Source of the DNA: Utricularia gibba
Lineage: Eukaryota; Plantae; Magnoliophyta
DNA length: 64,000 bases
Assembly (NCBI GenBank): GCA_002189035.1
Contig: CM007991.1
Location: 1,488,001-1,552,000, forward strand
Reading direction: 5' to 3'
Part shown: piece by piece, positions 39,641 through 52,900 of the stretch
Layout of the letters: each line of letters opens with the position of its first letter
Numbering within the stretch: the first letter of the stretch is position 1
Notes under the pieces: generated by a model
The model's input: only the letters and a program-made list of their open reading frames with translations
Told to the model about the DNA's origin: nothing
Database searches by the model: none
Position numbers and translations under genes: made by a program

Positions 39641-41196
39641 GGTCCCGTAGCGGACACAGTCTGCAGTATGCAGTATGCACCGTCATCATTGTCACTGTGG
39701 TGATGTGAAGTAAATGTGTGTTGCAGGCATGTTGATCTGGAGGGTACGAGTGTTGTGGCGATGAGTTGTGCAGTAAAGGGACACATCAGATGCATTGAAC
39801 ATGACTGCAATTGACGCAACAAGAATGCCTATTGAAGGGGTTATGTCCCACCAGGAGAGGCCTCCCTTGATTGACGCCTACCCCCCATCTACTTGCTCCA
39901 TCCATCCCAACCCCATCTACTTACACGCACCAAATATATCTATCACAATACCACATTAAATACACCCCTTCCTCCTCCCCATCCAACACAAACATCTCCT
40001 ACCACAAAATTACAACACACAAATTTTCAAAAATCACCACGTCATTTGTTCAATAGAGGAGCCGCCCCTGTAACAACATCCTAAATTTTTAATGATGTTA
40101 TTTAACAGACCTCAACTCCGCACTTGATTACAGAGTGATGATTTTGAAAAGTAACCATTTTAATATTACTGTATGTAAAAAAAATAATCATTTTATACGT
40201 AAAATTAGTTTTAGTGTGTGATAGAAAATATTAGTATAATTAGTTTTCAAAAAATAACATTATAGAGCATATTCTTCGCATTGAGAAACTTTGGAATAAA
40301 ATCATGCGGATTTGATTCGGAGGACCCCCATGGTTGGATAACTAACTCAACTACTGTGTTGCAGTTGATGTTAATTTGCATGACGTCAGGTCAGACCTTT
40401 TAACCCGAGTTAGTAGACATCAACTAATGGATCATCTTGAGAGTTGACTTTTAAACCTGAAGGTTCCAACACGGGGGCTACACTACACGGTAATATAAAA
40501 TTTAAAAAAAATGATAATCCGCTGACTTGTTATTTGTATATTCATTTTTTGGTTTTGGTAATTGGATGTAAAAATGAAAGACGTAAGCTTTATCTTGGGT
40601 TATACGCAGCATATGGTGCCAAACCTATCAGCCACACCTATAGATGATGCACTCCCGTGGAGTGTTACTGGCCTTCTTCTGTGTACGTTTTCTGGACAGG
40701 AATATGGGGCCGTATGTGTCTACCGCGTAATCGGACAGTTTGACGGGTTCAAAGTCCACACGTAGTGCATAAGATAAGATGGAAAAAACATCAATAATTA
40801 ATTCATCATCCAAGCCTGGTACGTAAACTTCCAAAGACTTGATGGAAACGAGTGTGTTTAATTCATTCAAAATAAAAAAAAAACGTAAAATCGTAATGAA
40901 TATTTCAACTTCTAAATGCATTTGGACACAATACATATTGCATTAGTAATAGTAACAAACAGGTCATTTACAAATGTTGCATCTTTGATTTCTATATCAT
41001 ATACTAAAGTAAAAAATATATATATATTTTTGCACATTTTTAGATCAACTACAAAAAAAACATAGAAAAAGGAGAGAGAATAGATTCAACAGGAAAAAAA
41101 CAAGGGAGGGGAGGGGGAATTGTGGGCTACTGTTGGGGATCAGAAGTGTCTTAAATCCTGATTGCAGGTGCAGGAGTCATCCAAATTGAGTCATAA

Positions 41197-41426
41197 AGCT
41201 GTTGAAATTGACCAGAAGCATCTCATAAAAGCTGACCATGAAGCACATCTGCTTCTGCTCTTTGTTCTGGTGTTTAGTGCGCCTACACCACCATCTCCTT
41301 CATTCAAATCAGCTGTTGAAATTGACCAGAAGCATCTCATAAAAGCTGACCATGAAGCACATCTGCTTCTGCTCTTTGTTCTGGTGTTTAGTGCGCCTAC
41401 ACCACCATCTCCTTCATTCAAATCAG
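41197..41426. repeat. Perfect 114-bp tandem duplication
   Basis: AGCTGTTGAAATTGACC...CCTTCATTCAAATC starts at 41197 and again at 41311 with identical sequence. Confidence 0.95.
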
Positions 41427-41981
41427 TGAAACCCTCCCTCACAAGCACACGCAGTAAGGTTTTGCTGTGGGTTTGGGATATGCTTATTTTATGCACCACC
41501 AGAATATTAATACATCTCGTGTACAATGATTACAGTCTTGCTGGGAACTTGGAGGGGATGGGGTTGAGGGCCTTTTTGTTGCCTCGGAAAAGAAAAGGAG
41601 TAATCTGGGAGAGAGCACTGAAAGTTTTAGTGTGGGAACCGAGAGAGAGGGGGAGTTTCGTAAATTTCAAGCTTCTTCTTGCTTTCTGTGAGGCCCATGC
41701 TTCTGATCAAAACCCTTACTGTCATCTATCTGCACAGGAAAAAGATGAAGAAGAAGAAGAGTTGCTAGAAAGATGGAGAATGCAGGCAGCAGCTAAAAGT
41801 GACTACAAGGAAATGAATGGTTCATGAATTTGTGTAGCTCTCAGTGGTTCAAAACGCAGCAGCGGCTCCTAACAGTTTCAATAAGCAGGAATGGAGGTAC
41901 ATACGACAAATCAAGACTGAGACAAAGAGGGAGATATTAATTCACTAGTAGATTACTGAAATCGGAGGCTTTATCGAAACC

Positions 41982-42963
41982 TCAAAATGGGTTCCGGCCG
42001 CCGCTGCCCCAGAAAGCGTCCGCGGGAATCGGACACGAATTCATGGCGTTAGGAGGGAGTCCGTGGAGAAAGTTGGCGCCGGGATCGCTAATTAATTGCT
42101 GTCCCAAAGATCCCATCTGCTCCGCGGTGCTTCCCACGGCGGGGGTATGATTATCTTCATCTTCCAACGGCAGCCGCTCATACGCCGCATTCCCAAACGA
42201 CGCCGCCATGATCACCACCGGCCCCGCCGCCTGCAGCGGCCCAACGACCGTTCCCCCCATCACCTGGCCTTGTCCCCCAGCTAAGTATATGGTCAGCGTC
42301 GTCGCAGCCGGTGGAGCCGGCGGGGGGAGAAACGAGCCGGAAAGGGAAAGAATCTCTGCTCTTCCAGGCAAAGTCACCACTGATCCCGGCGCACCCGGCT
42401 GCCGGATAGAAACGTTGGCGACGGTTCCGGTGCCGGAGAGAATGCACACGCCTCTCTGCCGCCGTGTCGCAAACGTAGAAATGCTCTCCTGGATATCGCA
42501 CCCATTCGCGATTTCCATCACATGGGATCTGAGCGCATTCGCAGTGTCCCGTGTTATTATTATCGGTGGCTTCGGCTTATTCTTCGATCCCGCCGGCCTC
42601 CCTCGTGGCCGGCGCGTAGCTTCGCAGTGATCCCCTCTCCCCGCCGCGAACTCCTTCACCTCCAATGACGGGGTCGGTTCAGCAGCCACTGATAACACAA
42701 CCCATCCACAATCAGAGGTCATGAAATCAACCACCTACACCCCAACCCGAGTATTATGCAGTAGTACCTGAAGTGATGCTGGAGAAACCGCCGCCTCTGG
42801 GGTAATTATCCTCCCGATTCTGATTGTTCTCCGCCGTCCGCCGCTCATCCTCGGAGTTACTCCGGTTGCCCGGAAACCTACTGTTGTTGTTGTTGTTGTT
42901 CAACTGAAGATAGCTTGCCAGAAACGGAGGGGGCAAAGGACGGCCGTGAGCCAGCTGATCCAT
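41982..42963 (-). CDS. AHL: Clade-A AT-hook motif nuclear-localized protein (AHL22/24-like) with one 79-nt intron
   Basis: Starts [16 protein letters not shown]-hook [17 protein letters not shown]; PPC/DUF296 domain [16 protein letters not shown]...[14 protein letters not shown]...[12 protein letters not shown]...[19 protein letters not shown] intron at 42767-42689 restores the frame. Confidence 0.92.
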
Positions 42964-43044
42964 CTACTCAACAAACAAAAACCGATCCAAAAGAAATGAA
43001 AAGCCAATCACTCCATCAAAACTTTACATCTGACTTTTCCCAAA

Positions 43045-43061
43045 AGAAGAGAGAAAGAGAC

Positions 43062-43093
<32 letters not shown>

Positions 43094-43098
43094 AGAGA
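43045..43098. repeat. GA/CT microsatellite in the AHL 5' region (GAGA-element-like)
   Basis: Run of about 11 GA units at 43062-43083 within a purine-rich tract 80-135 bp upstream of the AHL ATG. Confidence 0.85.
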
Positions 43099-45254
43099 AA
43101 GTGATGACTAATCTATATGTTTTTCTTTTTACGTTGGATTCTAAAACTTATTCGGGGAAGCTAGGGTTTTGGGTCCGGGGGGTGGCGCTTGGATCCCGGG
43201 GGGTCTACGACAAATGGACCGCGCGGAGGTTGGGGGGTCCGGTCGGCGAGGCCGGCGGCGCCCGGGTGGTTGCTTTCTTAACTTCTCTCACCCACACCCC
43301 ACTCTGTCAACAGGAGTAGATTACCACTAAACAACATAAACATTAACCAAACTCCTCCATTATTCTTCAAACCCACAAACTTTTCTTCATTTTTCAACTG
43401 AAACAACCCAGAAAAACACGAAAAGACTGGAATTTTGGTTGGACTGTAAATAGCAACCCTTATCATTCAACTGAAATTACATGGAATGGGATGAAACGGT
43501 GTCGTTTGCGTATTAATGCGACCAACGTCCGGACAAGTAAGAGGTTGGGGCGGGGCGCATGTGGGGCCATGAGAAATTGGACTACACTCAAACGACTGGG
43601 TGGGCCCCGTAGGACCCTGACCCGCTCCAATCTCTTCACACATGAAAAAGAGAACACGCTTTGTTTTCTTTTTTTCTTTTTTTATTTAATTATTTTTTCC
43701 CCCTCTTCTCCAATTTATTTCGCGGCTCCACACCCCCTCCCTCTTCCATCTTCTCTATTAAATCTTCAATATCAATCAAATTCAAAATTGTACATTATAT
43801 GAATTGGATTAAAGTCCATATGATACTCGTATTCTATCGTGCACGGGGTCACCTCCCCGAGCCCGCACAATCGCAGTTTCGACGAGAATAGTAAGGATGC
43901 ATCGAAAAACATTGTTCGATTTACATTTTTTATGACCACCTTAGTATATAAACCATCATATAACCTAATGTAATATTGTATGCTCTCATGCATAGTCAGA
44001 ACCGTTATATTAAAATGAAAACTTTAGTATAAAAATGTTAATGTAGGAGAGGATAAATTCTAAGTAGGTGACATGGAGGATTGGGCATAATTCATATTGC
44101 GCCGTTCCTATTATCTGGAGAGTAGCCTTTTAATAAATCACTTGCTTTGCCACCAACTATTTTAAATAATTATATATTTTTTAAATGGATTAAAAAACCT
44201 TTTTTATTATTGTAATATTTTTCTCTCCATTATCATGACTCCATGGATATTCCCTTTCCAAGGTTCATATATTCAAATTAAAAATAGAAACATAATTTAA
44301 ATTATAGGGCAAGCATGCAAATGCGCACGTCCACTATTCAATTATTTCTATAATAGATAATCCCCAAGTAGCCTGGAAATTGGAATACAATATTTAAATT
44401 TTTAGTCAAATTTCTCCAAATTAAAAAACACAAATTCCATTTTTTTTTTAAAAAAAACTCATCGTCCCAGGTAGTTAGACACGCCATAGACTACGGTTCT
44501 TGCTTCTTCTTTTTTTAAAGAAAATTCACGATAATTTAATACTGGCGTATAATTAAAATATAATTTAAAGTTTAAGAATTAGAACTTAAATTAGAATACG
44601 GAAAACATTCTATTAAATGGTAACAACGACATAATCAATATTTTTACTATTAATATGTGTGTTGATCGTATTTTAGATGGGAAAATAGTGTGTGAGTAAA
44701 TCATTGATGAAACTTTTCAGAAAATTATTAGACAATTGTAAATCCATGATCGTTTGCATTGATTTCAGAAATGTCTATTTTTATTTTTTTTATTTGACAT
44801 GTCACGTTTCACCCTTTTTTTTCATGATTTTATACTATTTTTTTTAAAAAAAATTAATGTAAAATTAGAAAGAATATCTCTATATAAACCCTATTCTTAA
44901 TCGATATGAGATTCGAATAAGTTAATTGGATATCTAGTCCTAATCGAATGACGTCATTAGTACTTGATAACAAGTTTGATATAATCTTGTTAGAGGAAAT
45001 GATGGGATTGAAATGGATTATGGGCACTTCGACATTTGGTTTGAAAATCTAATTATTAAGGTGTCACGCAATTTTGTTATGCAATTGGGAATAAAGACTA
45101 GGAACCCTTGAAATGGTACTACATGCGGGAAATAAATCGAAGTATGGAGTGAGTGATTTGGAGGGAATAGGGACAGAGTAACTGCTCCTGTAAATTCTAA
45201 ATATAAATGGAAAAGACAAGTACAGAAAAATAGAGAGGTCCCACACACTGCACA

Positions 45255-45350
45255 CCGCCAATGATGGAGCACTCTGAGACGTGGTGCACGTGCGAGCGGG
45301 GGATAAAACCCCGCTGATTGGCCAGCGCTAACTTCGAGAGACACGTGTAT
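45255..45350. promoter_or_regulatory. GC-rich cis-element cluster (2 G-boxes, ABRE-like ACGTGG, 2 CCAAT boxes, short inverted repeat)
   Basis: CCAAT 45258, ACGTGG 45279, CACGTG 45287 and 45342, GCGGGG-N7-CCCCGC 45296-45314, ATTGG 45317. The cluster is embedded in AT-rich DNA. Confidence 0.4.
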
Positions 45351-47374
45351 AGAGACAATTGGAGGTTCACGCCACGGTTACTATCCGACAAAAATTAACC
45401 CTTTTATCTATCTTTGGGTTTAATGTTCTAATTGTGGCGTAGTAATCAAATTACTTTTAATGGACATGTATTAGAATATTAATATAATATATATAAATAA
45501 ATATTAAACACCCCAATATTTGGAATACGATAAAGATGTATAAAAAATTGGATTGGTTGACTGTGGAGCCATTTCATACCGTCCCCCTTGAATATTATTT
45601 TTTTATAAATTATTTATTTTATAGAAATGGAGAGACTACTTTGATGATTTAACGTACTTTATGAACTATTTTAATTTTAAATTCCGAAAAAAGGTCAAGC
45701 TGAACGTTGGACAAGTTTCCATTCTTAGTGCAGTCAGCTTTGCGGCCAATATGTGTAGAAATAAGGAAAATACCCCTCCAACGGCTACATTTATAAAAAA
45801 AAAGAAAAAAATATTTAAAAGGTAATTATTAAATATTTGTTCATTATAATATTAATTTAATGGGCGTACACTAATGTCTATGACTTTTTTTTATAATATT
45901 CATGAATTATTAAACTTTATTTTGTGTAGGAAATAAAATATTCAAATTAGGCCCAATTTAAAAAACATTTGCCGCTGGATAATATAAGGTGTGTGTCCTA
46001 TCTACGCCTACTGTCAATTAATCCATTGAAAGGCATTAATATTTTATGAAAGGTAACATTTCCATAATTATTTTTATAATACAAAATATTTTATTACCAG
46101 TATTATTTATTTAATAAAAAAGGGGTGTCCGGTCGGTGCTCCAAATGATTGCCGGGTGGATGCAGATCCAGTCCACAATCCACATCGGCGACGTGTAAAT
46201 TTCCTCATTTTCGAAAAAGAATAATAATGTTAAATAATGTCCTCTTGAGCCTACCAAAAGCAAGATTTCATTTTTTTTTCCACTAGAAATTCAAATTAAT
46301 AAAATATAAAGAATAATGGCATCAACAATTATTAGTAACGAGTGTGGAAAAATTAAATGAAAGGATTTTAAAAATTATATTAAAGGGAAGTCCATGTGCA
46401 AGTAGGCATAGAAAAAGAGATAAAAGCCGACCAAGTTCCAAGGGACCACGTGATGACCGATGGGGATGGTTTCGGAATCAATAATCCACCGTGACTAAGT
46501 TTTAGTTCTAGCATCTTTAGTAAAGCAAATGATGAATCTTTTTTCAAAACATGTGTTTTTCATCACTATTCAGAGTTATTTTTCTATATATTATATTTAA
46601 ATTTCTCTCCAAAAAGCTTTGAAAATCCATAAAATACATATTTTTTTGAAAAAAAAATCAAATTAATATAAATAATATAAAATCAATTAAAAACAATAAA
46701 AAAGTGAAATATAAGATAGTTAAAAACAATTCTCAATATAGATGAAAAACATATATTTTAAAACGACATGAAATCAATTATGAGCAAATAGAAATGAGAA
46801 TGATTTTAAACATTTTGGCCGTGATTAATATGAGGTATGTGACATGTTGATTATGTTGGAGTGGTTTTGATTTACGTGTACGGACGCCGGTGTAGGCTTT
46901 TGTTTTATTTTAGGGGTACCAGGGTTTATCTAGGTGCCCTTGTTTGTTTGGCTGGGGTTTTGTTGGGGAAGAAATATGGTTTATTGAGCAATTTCGCAAG
47001 TGTTGAGGGCTATTGTGTAAATTTGAGAAGTTGGCAATAGGGGTTTCTGCTTTTTTTGTTAGGAGTAGGTTTAGGTTAGGTTACTTTAAGAGGACGGGAT
47101 CGGGGTAAAGATTCACTTTTGGATGCACAGTAGAATTTTACTGTGTTGTTTTCTGGGGGGGTAAAAAAATGTTACCTCGGACCGGACGGGGACAGGAGTG
47201 TAGACACATTAAACCGGTTAGGTCAAAGAAGATTCTCGGAGTTACTCCGCTTCTCATGTGCTTTTGTTGAATATTGTCCGAAATGAATGAACATATAAAT
47301 GCCGTTGGGCAAATGGATCCGCACTTGCGATCAATTATTTTCTGGGTGGGTGGTGTGTTGTGAGCTGGGCTCAA

Positions 47375-48110
47375 TCAATCCTTGACTCGATCCGGTTTCG
47401 GTGTAATGCCGTGAGACCCTCCCTGTTCCGGGGACTGACGCATCATTCTCCACAGATTTCGCAGCTGATTCGGATGCAGACATAATGAAGCATTTACACA
47501 AGGTATTGGTATTGGTATAGGTATGGTCCCGACTCCCATTGGAATTTGGAACCGTGACTGTGGCGTGTCCTGTCTACTTTCTAATGAAGCTGGTTTCTGT
47601 AAACCGGATCCATTTCTTGGGCCAGAACGAACCCATGAATAAAACCCTGCTCGCAGACCCTGCCCTGGAATCCCTCCAGGACTGTGCACGGAGAATAATG
47701 GGAGCTCTAACCAGCTTTGGGGCCGTACCATAAAACTGGGTCTTCTTTTGTTCTCTAAATCAAAGGGCCCAATGTCCTCAAACCCAGTTGATCCTGGATG
47801 CAAGTGATCAATGAGATAACATAGCTGGAATCCTCATTAGAATGATGAGGCTGATGATCGCCATACTGAACATCCTCATGCTGTGATGCATCTTAGCCTA
47901 TGAAATCACTGCACTCTGATGGTCTGTTTCTGCTCGCCATCCTTGCTTCTTTGGGAGATTCGTCTGCCTGTCATGGTTCCATTATGCTTCTTTCATCTTT
48001 TCACTAGATGATTCGTCTGTGACTTCTTGGCTACTGAATGCATTATCACCGCTTGCTGAATTTGGTACATCAGTGCAATCTGCTGGTCTGTTAGGGATCT
48101 CCATCTTCCC
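47375..48110 (-). other. Unassigned degenerate coding-like segment (possible pseudogene)
   Basis: A 142-aa open frame at 47375-47803 plus upstream broken frames containing a diverged 51-nt internal repeat. No family was recognised. Confidence 0.3.
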
Positions 48111-48958
48111 TTCTTTTGGGAATCAGAGGTTGCTAATTTCCCACGAGACAGCAACAAATGAAGAGCTATTCCAGGTGAGTTTCATAAGCAACTACAAAAA
48201 CCAGCGACACCCCACGAAGACAAACAATCCTAAACAAACAAAAAAAGGTGACTGGATTTCGATTCCTATAAGCTGTCAAAAAATGAATCAGGATCGCTGA
48301 AGAGCTTCCCTGAAATCCTACCTCAACCAGATCCTCTAGTCTAGCATGAGGGTACTCAAGTGAAACGCCCTTGTGAGAATACTGCAGAATAAGCATCAAG
48401 TGAGAATCTAGCTCGTCCAACTTAGTATTTGTTCGATAATAAATTTAATAAAATTATATTGTTTGGTATGTAAATATAATTATACTATAATAATTAATTT
48501 ATACAATTATATAAAAAATATTATAATAAACAAAAAGAAACCAGTTTTTGTTAATATATTTATAATAAATAAAAATATTAGCATTCATTTCATTAAGAAA
48601 ATTCATATGAGGAAAAGACTTTTATAACCATCTTTGTATGAGTTACATAATATTATTTTAAATTGAGATGAAATTACCAAAGTCGAGGGCCAATTTGGTC
48701 ACTTCTTTTTTTATGTGATAAAAATATTAAAAAACAGTCATCTTCTTAAAATGGTTTAAAACATTAAAAAAAATAATTAAAAGCATGGGGAATAGACTGC
48801 GCAGTGCGAAATTAGGAACGTTTTACTTTCAATTGGATTTGATGATCGGGTAGAAGACGACGACGATGATGATATAAATACAGATCTTCCTTCTATACCT
48901 CGGAAGGCTAGGGTTTATACGAACGCTGTGCCGTGTCTCGGATCCTTCGTTGGAAGGT

Positions 48959-49934
48959 ATGGGTGCTAGTAGGAAGCTTCAGGGCGAAATCGATAGAGTG
49001 CTCAAGAAAGTACAGGAAGGCGTCGATGTTTTCGATAGCATTTGGAATAAGGTATTTGCTATGTAGCATTTCTGGATCTTTGAAACTGGATGCGTGTTTC
49101 GAAGTTAATCGTTGCGCATTTTCTTGTAATTTAGGTATACGACACAGATAATGCAAATTTGAAGGAAAAATTCGAAGCGGACTTGAAGAAGGAGATAAAA
49201 AAGTTGCAGAGATACAGAGACCAGATCAAGACATGGATACAATCTAGTGAAATTAAGGATAAGAAGGTTTTTCGTTAGCTAGTTGGTTGCACTTTTGTGT
49301 TCAATATTTGAAGATATTGTTGATTCACACGGGTTTGGCTACGGATCTGGGTTTATTTCCTATACGCATTCATACGTGACAGTTTTGCTTAGTTTGATCG
49401 TGCATCGTAGCAGCTGTCTATATTCTTTGCTGTGGATGTTTTCCTGGATAATATTTTGGTTCCTGTTTTTCTTGCTGTGGTTGAGTGTTTCGATGTTACA
49501 TTTTTCAGTGCCTTTCTCTCTGACGTTGACAACATATTTTCTTTTCATACGTGATAACGTAGGTGAGTGCATCTTATGAGCAGGCCTTGATGGATGCTCG
49601 GAAACAAATTGAGCGTGAAATGGAAAGGTTTAAGATATGTGAAAAAGAGACCAAGACAAAAGCATTCTCAAAAGAAGGCCTTGGCCAGCAACCTAAAACG
49701 GTAGGCATATCATAGTTTTGTTAACCTTATAATTTTTTCATTCCATCATTGGCGTTTAGTGTGTTACTCGTGAACTTGATCACTAGAATGTAACTCTCTC
49801 TCCACATTCTCTTTCAATTATATGATTCTGTGCTTCACTTGTATATTGGTGAGGCATTTGGTCTGTGTTGACAAATTGTTTTGTTCTATCGAAGTTATGG
49901 CTCAATAAATTTTTTGTTTCTCATTATTTATTGT

Positions 49935-49970
<36 letters not shown>

Positions 49971-52900
49971 GGATCCAAAAGAAAAAGCTAAATCAGAGAC
50001 TAGAGATTGGTTGAATAATGTGGTATATTTGCAGACTCTTTCGAATCCCTATCTGATTGTGCTGGGAAATTGGCAGTATTGGGCGTAAAATGGTTGGTTG
50101 TTCCAGGTCAATGAGCTCGAAAATCAAATTGAGAGCTTTGAAGCTGAAATAGAGGGTTTTTCGGCTAAGAAGGGGAAGTCAAAGCCACCTAGACTGGTAT
50201 GGCAATGAAAATAGATTGGTGCTTGGTTATTGCTGCTATATAAGAAGTAATACTTCGTCTTTTGCAGATGCACCTCGAGGCATCCATTTCTCGACATAAG
50301 GCTCACATCATGAAGTTGGAACTAATCCTAAGGCTGTTGGACAATGATGAATTGAGCCCAGACCAAGTCAATGATGTGAAGGATTTCTTGGATGGCTATG
50401 TGGAGAGAAACCAGGTTTTTCTCAAGTTTATTTTGGTTCAAAGAATAAGTTAGCTAGCATATTCTCAACAAGGTTATCACCATTAAATGGCCTCTGAGTG
50501 TTGGTAATTGGTAAGAATCTGGAACAGAAAAATCATACTTTCAGTATTATTGAGAAGCTCTTCTAATCACTTGAAGATCTAGTCACATATGGCTTTCAGG
50601 AACAAAACCTTAGCTTCTATTTGGCTTTCAGGAGGACTTCGACGAATTTTCTGATGTTGATGAGCTTTATCAGTCTCTGCCTCTGGACATGGTGGAGTCT
50701 CTGGAAGATCTAGTTACAATTGGTCCACCTGGTATTGCAAAGGTGAAGGATTCTCTATCGATAGGTTGCATTGATTGTTCTCTATGCACGTATTTTTTTT
50801 TTTCAACTGAAGCCTGATTTCATGTTTTAATAGGAAAATTCGTCTGCTGTTGTTAATAGGAATTATCCACCAAAGGATGTGTTTTTTTTTTTTCCATTAA
50901 AAAAGTTCTCTGAAACTTTTGGCAGGGTGCCAGTGCATCAGGTGTTGTTTTGGGTACTAAAACCTCCCTGGTTGCCACAACTCAGACCCCGGTATGTTCT
51001 GATCCTAATACTGCATGCTTTTTTAGGAAACCATGTCCACGCATGTTAAGTGTAGCTTTTCAGTCATTCAGTTTCGATTTGCTCTCACTTTAAATTGTAT
51101 TTGTGGTTGTGAACGTCTTTAACTGCTGATTCTTAATTCTTGCATTTCAGTCCTTGTAGTATTGCAAGCTGAGTGCCTTCAGTTTTGATCGACTTTTACT
51201 TTCCACAGGTAATTTTGGTTCCTGATCAAGTTGATGACGTGGGTTTCCAGGAAGATGTGAGTGCTAAAACCCCAAGCACTCGAAATAGTAGCAGTAACAC
51301 TTCCTCCATACATACCGTACAAGTTCCTGGGCATAGCATTTCAAGTTGGTATTCAGTAATTAAATCCTGTGGTTGTACTTGTTTCTAGATTTTACCTTTG
51401 AGCATCTCTTTTTGCTGAATCAGGTTCTCCTAGTGCTTTATCTCCAGCAGTTTTGTCAAGTCTGCCTAAAGAAGAAGAGGCTGCTAATTTTTCTGGTCGT
51501 AAATCATCATCTCAGTCAGAAACTGGATTAAGAACAATTGGCAGAGTTGGGTTGCCAAGTCAAACTAGTCCTATGATCCCACCAATTTCAGGGAACATGG
51601 TTTCCAACAGTGGAGGCTCCAGTGCAGTGACTTCATCTTCTGATACTGGGAGGAGAAATTTACTGGGATCTGATGATCGATCCTTTGGAGCAGCTACAAC
51701 ACAGTCTGTAATGTCCCCATTAACAAGTAGAGTAGTCCTTCCACAAGTCGCCAAGGCTGATGGACTTGTATCAGTTGATTCTGGAAGTGTTAGTGATACT
51801 TCAGCTATTGGAAGCAGAGTTTTGAGTTCTGGAGTTCCTCCTATGCAGTGGAGGCCTGGAAGTTCCTTTCAAGATCAAAATGAAGTGGTATGTTGCTTCA
51901 GGTGTTATAATCTTTGGAATCCTTGTAGCATCCATCTTACAAGGCAAGTGGTTTAAGATAAAAATCCCCTTGATTACCATACGGTAATCTCTTTGATCAC
52001 GATATGGTATAGAATATGATTTGCTGCGGTATAAAAAGTTATGTTAGTCTGTGAGAGTTATAACTGAACATCTTTTAGTGAAATATGACTTCGGGGTTTA
52101 TCCTGGACAGTTTCGAGGGAGAACTGAGATTTTGCCTGATCAGAGGGAGAAGTTTCTCCAACGATTTCAACAGGTACAACAGCAAGGTCAGGCTAATCTA
52201 CTTGGGATGCCTTCTGTAGGAAAACAGTATCCTGTTCAGCCGCAGAGCGTGTTCCTTCAGCAGGTTATCATACATGGATAGCGTCCGTGTTTTCTTTTGC
52301 ATTCTACAAGAATAATTTCCAAAAAAAAAAAAAAAAGGCTGCAGCTAACTTATGAAAATATGTTCTTTTATTTCATTGATCTTATACAAACAAGGAAAAT
52401 AATCCGTCATAATTAGAGTCTACTCTGGATTGTTTTTTCACCAGAGTGCTCTACATTTCTATTACTATTGGTTTGTTATATTGACTGCTAATAGAGTGCA
52501 TTTGTCTTGGTACTCCAGTTTAATAACACCCAGTCTGCAACTACACAACCCCAACTTGGATTGGGGATTGGGATCCAAGCTCCAGGTCTTAGTACTGGCA
52601 CGGCCTCTGCTTCAATTTCACTGCAACAAAGTACAATCCTTAATTCCTCAAATCAGAATTTGGCCTTATCATCTTCTTCCAAAGATGCAGGTACTCTATA
52701 TTCTTTTTGTGGCTGGGAATTATGGGGGTGGGGGGCCTCCAATTCTTCTGATAACATTTACATTGGACCACTACTAAAACTCAGTGTTTGTTTTACTTCA
52801 TTTTGTGTTTTAAGTTTTATTTCAATAAAAGCGTGTGCATTAATCGACATAGAGTCTGATGGATGAATGCATTGTCAGAAATTGATGTGACAAAAGTTGA

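Noticed and set aside
40290-40940. Weak inverted repeat and short ORFs (one faintly Ulp1-protease-like)
   Set aside because: The arms pair poorly, there is no catalytic motif or transposon terminus, and the similarity is too slight to support a call.
41162-41827. 221-aa plus-strand ORF and 111-aa antisense ORF
   Set aside because: Their length is inflated by the in-frame 114-bp duplication, the plus-strand ORF has no ATG start, and no domain is recognisable. I checked for DVL/RTFL-type peptide motifs and found no match.
46178-46187. ATCCACATCG resembling the plant snRNA upstream sequence element
   Set aside because: It is one C short of the consensus, with no properly spaced TATA box and no recognisable snRNA downstream.
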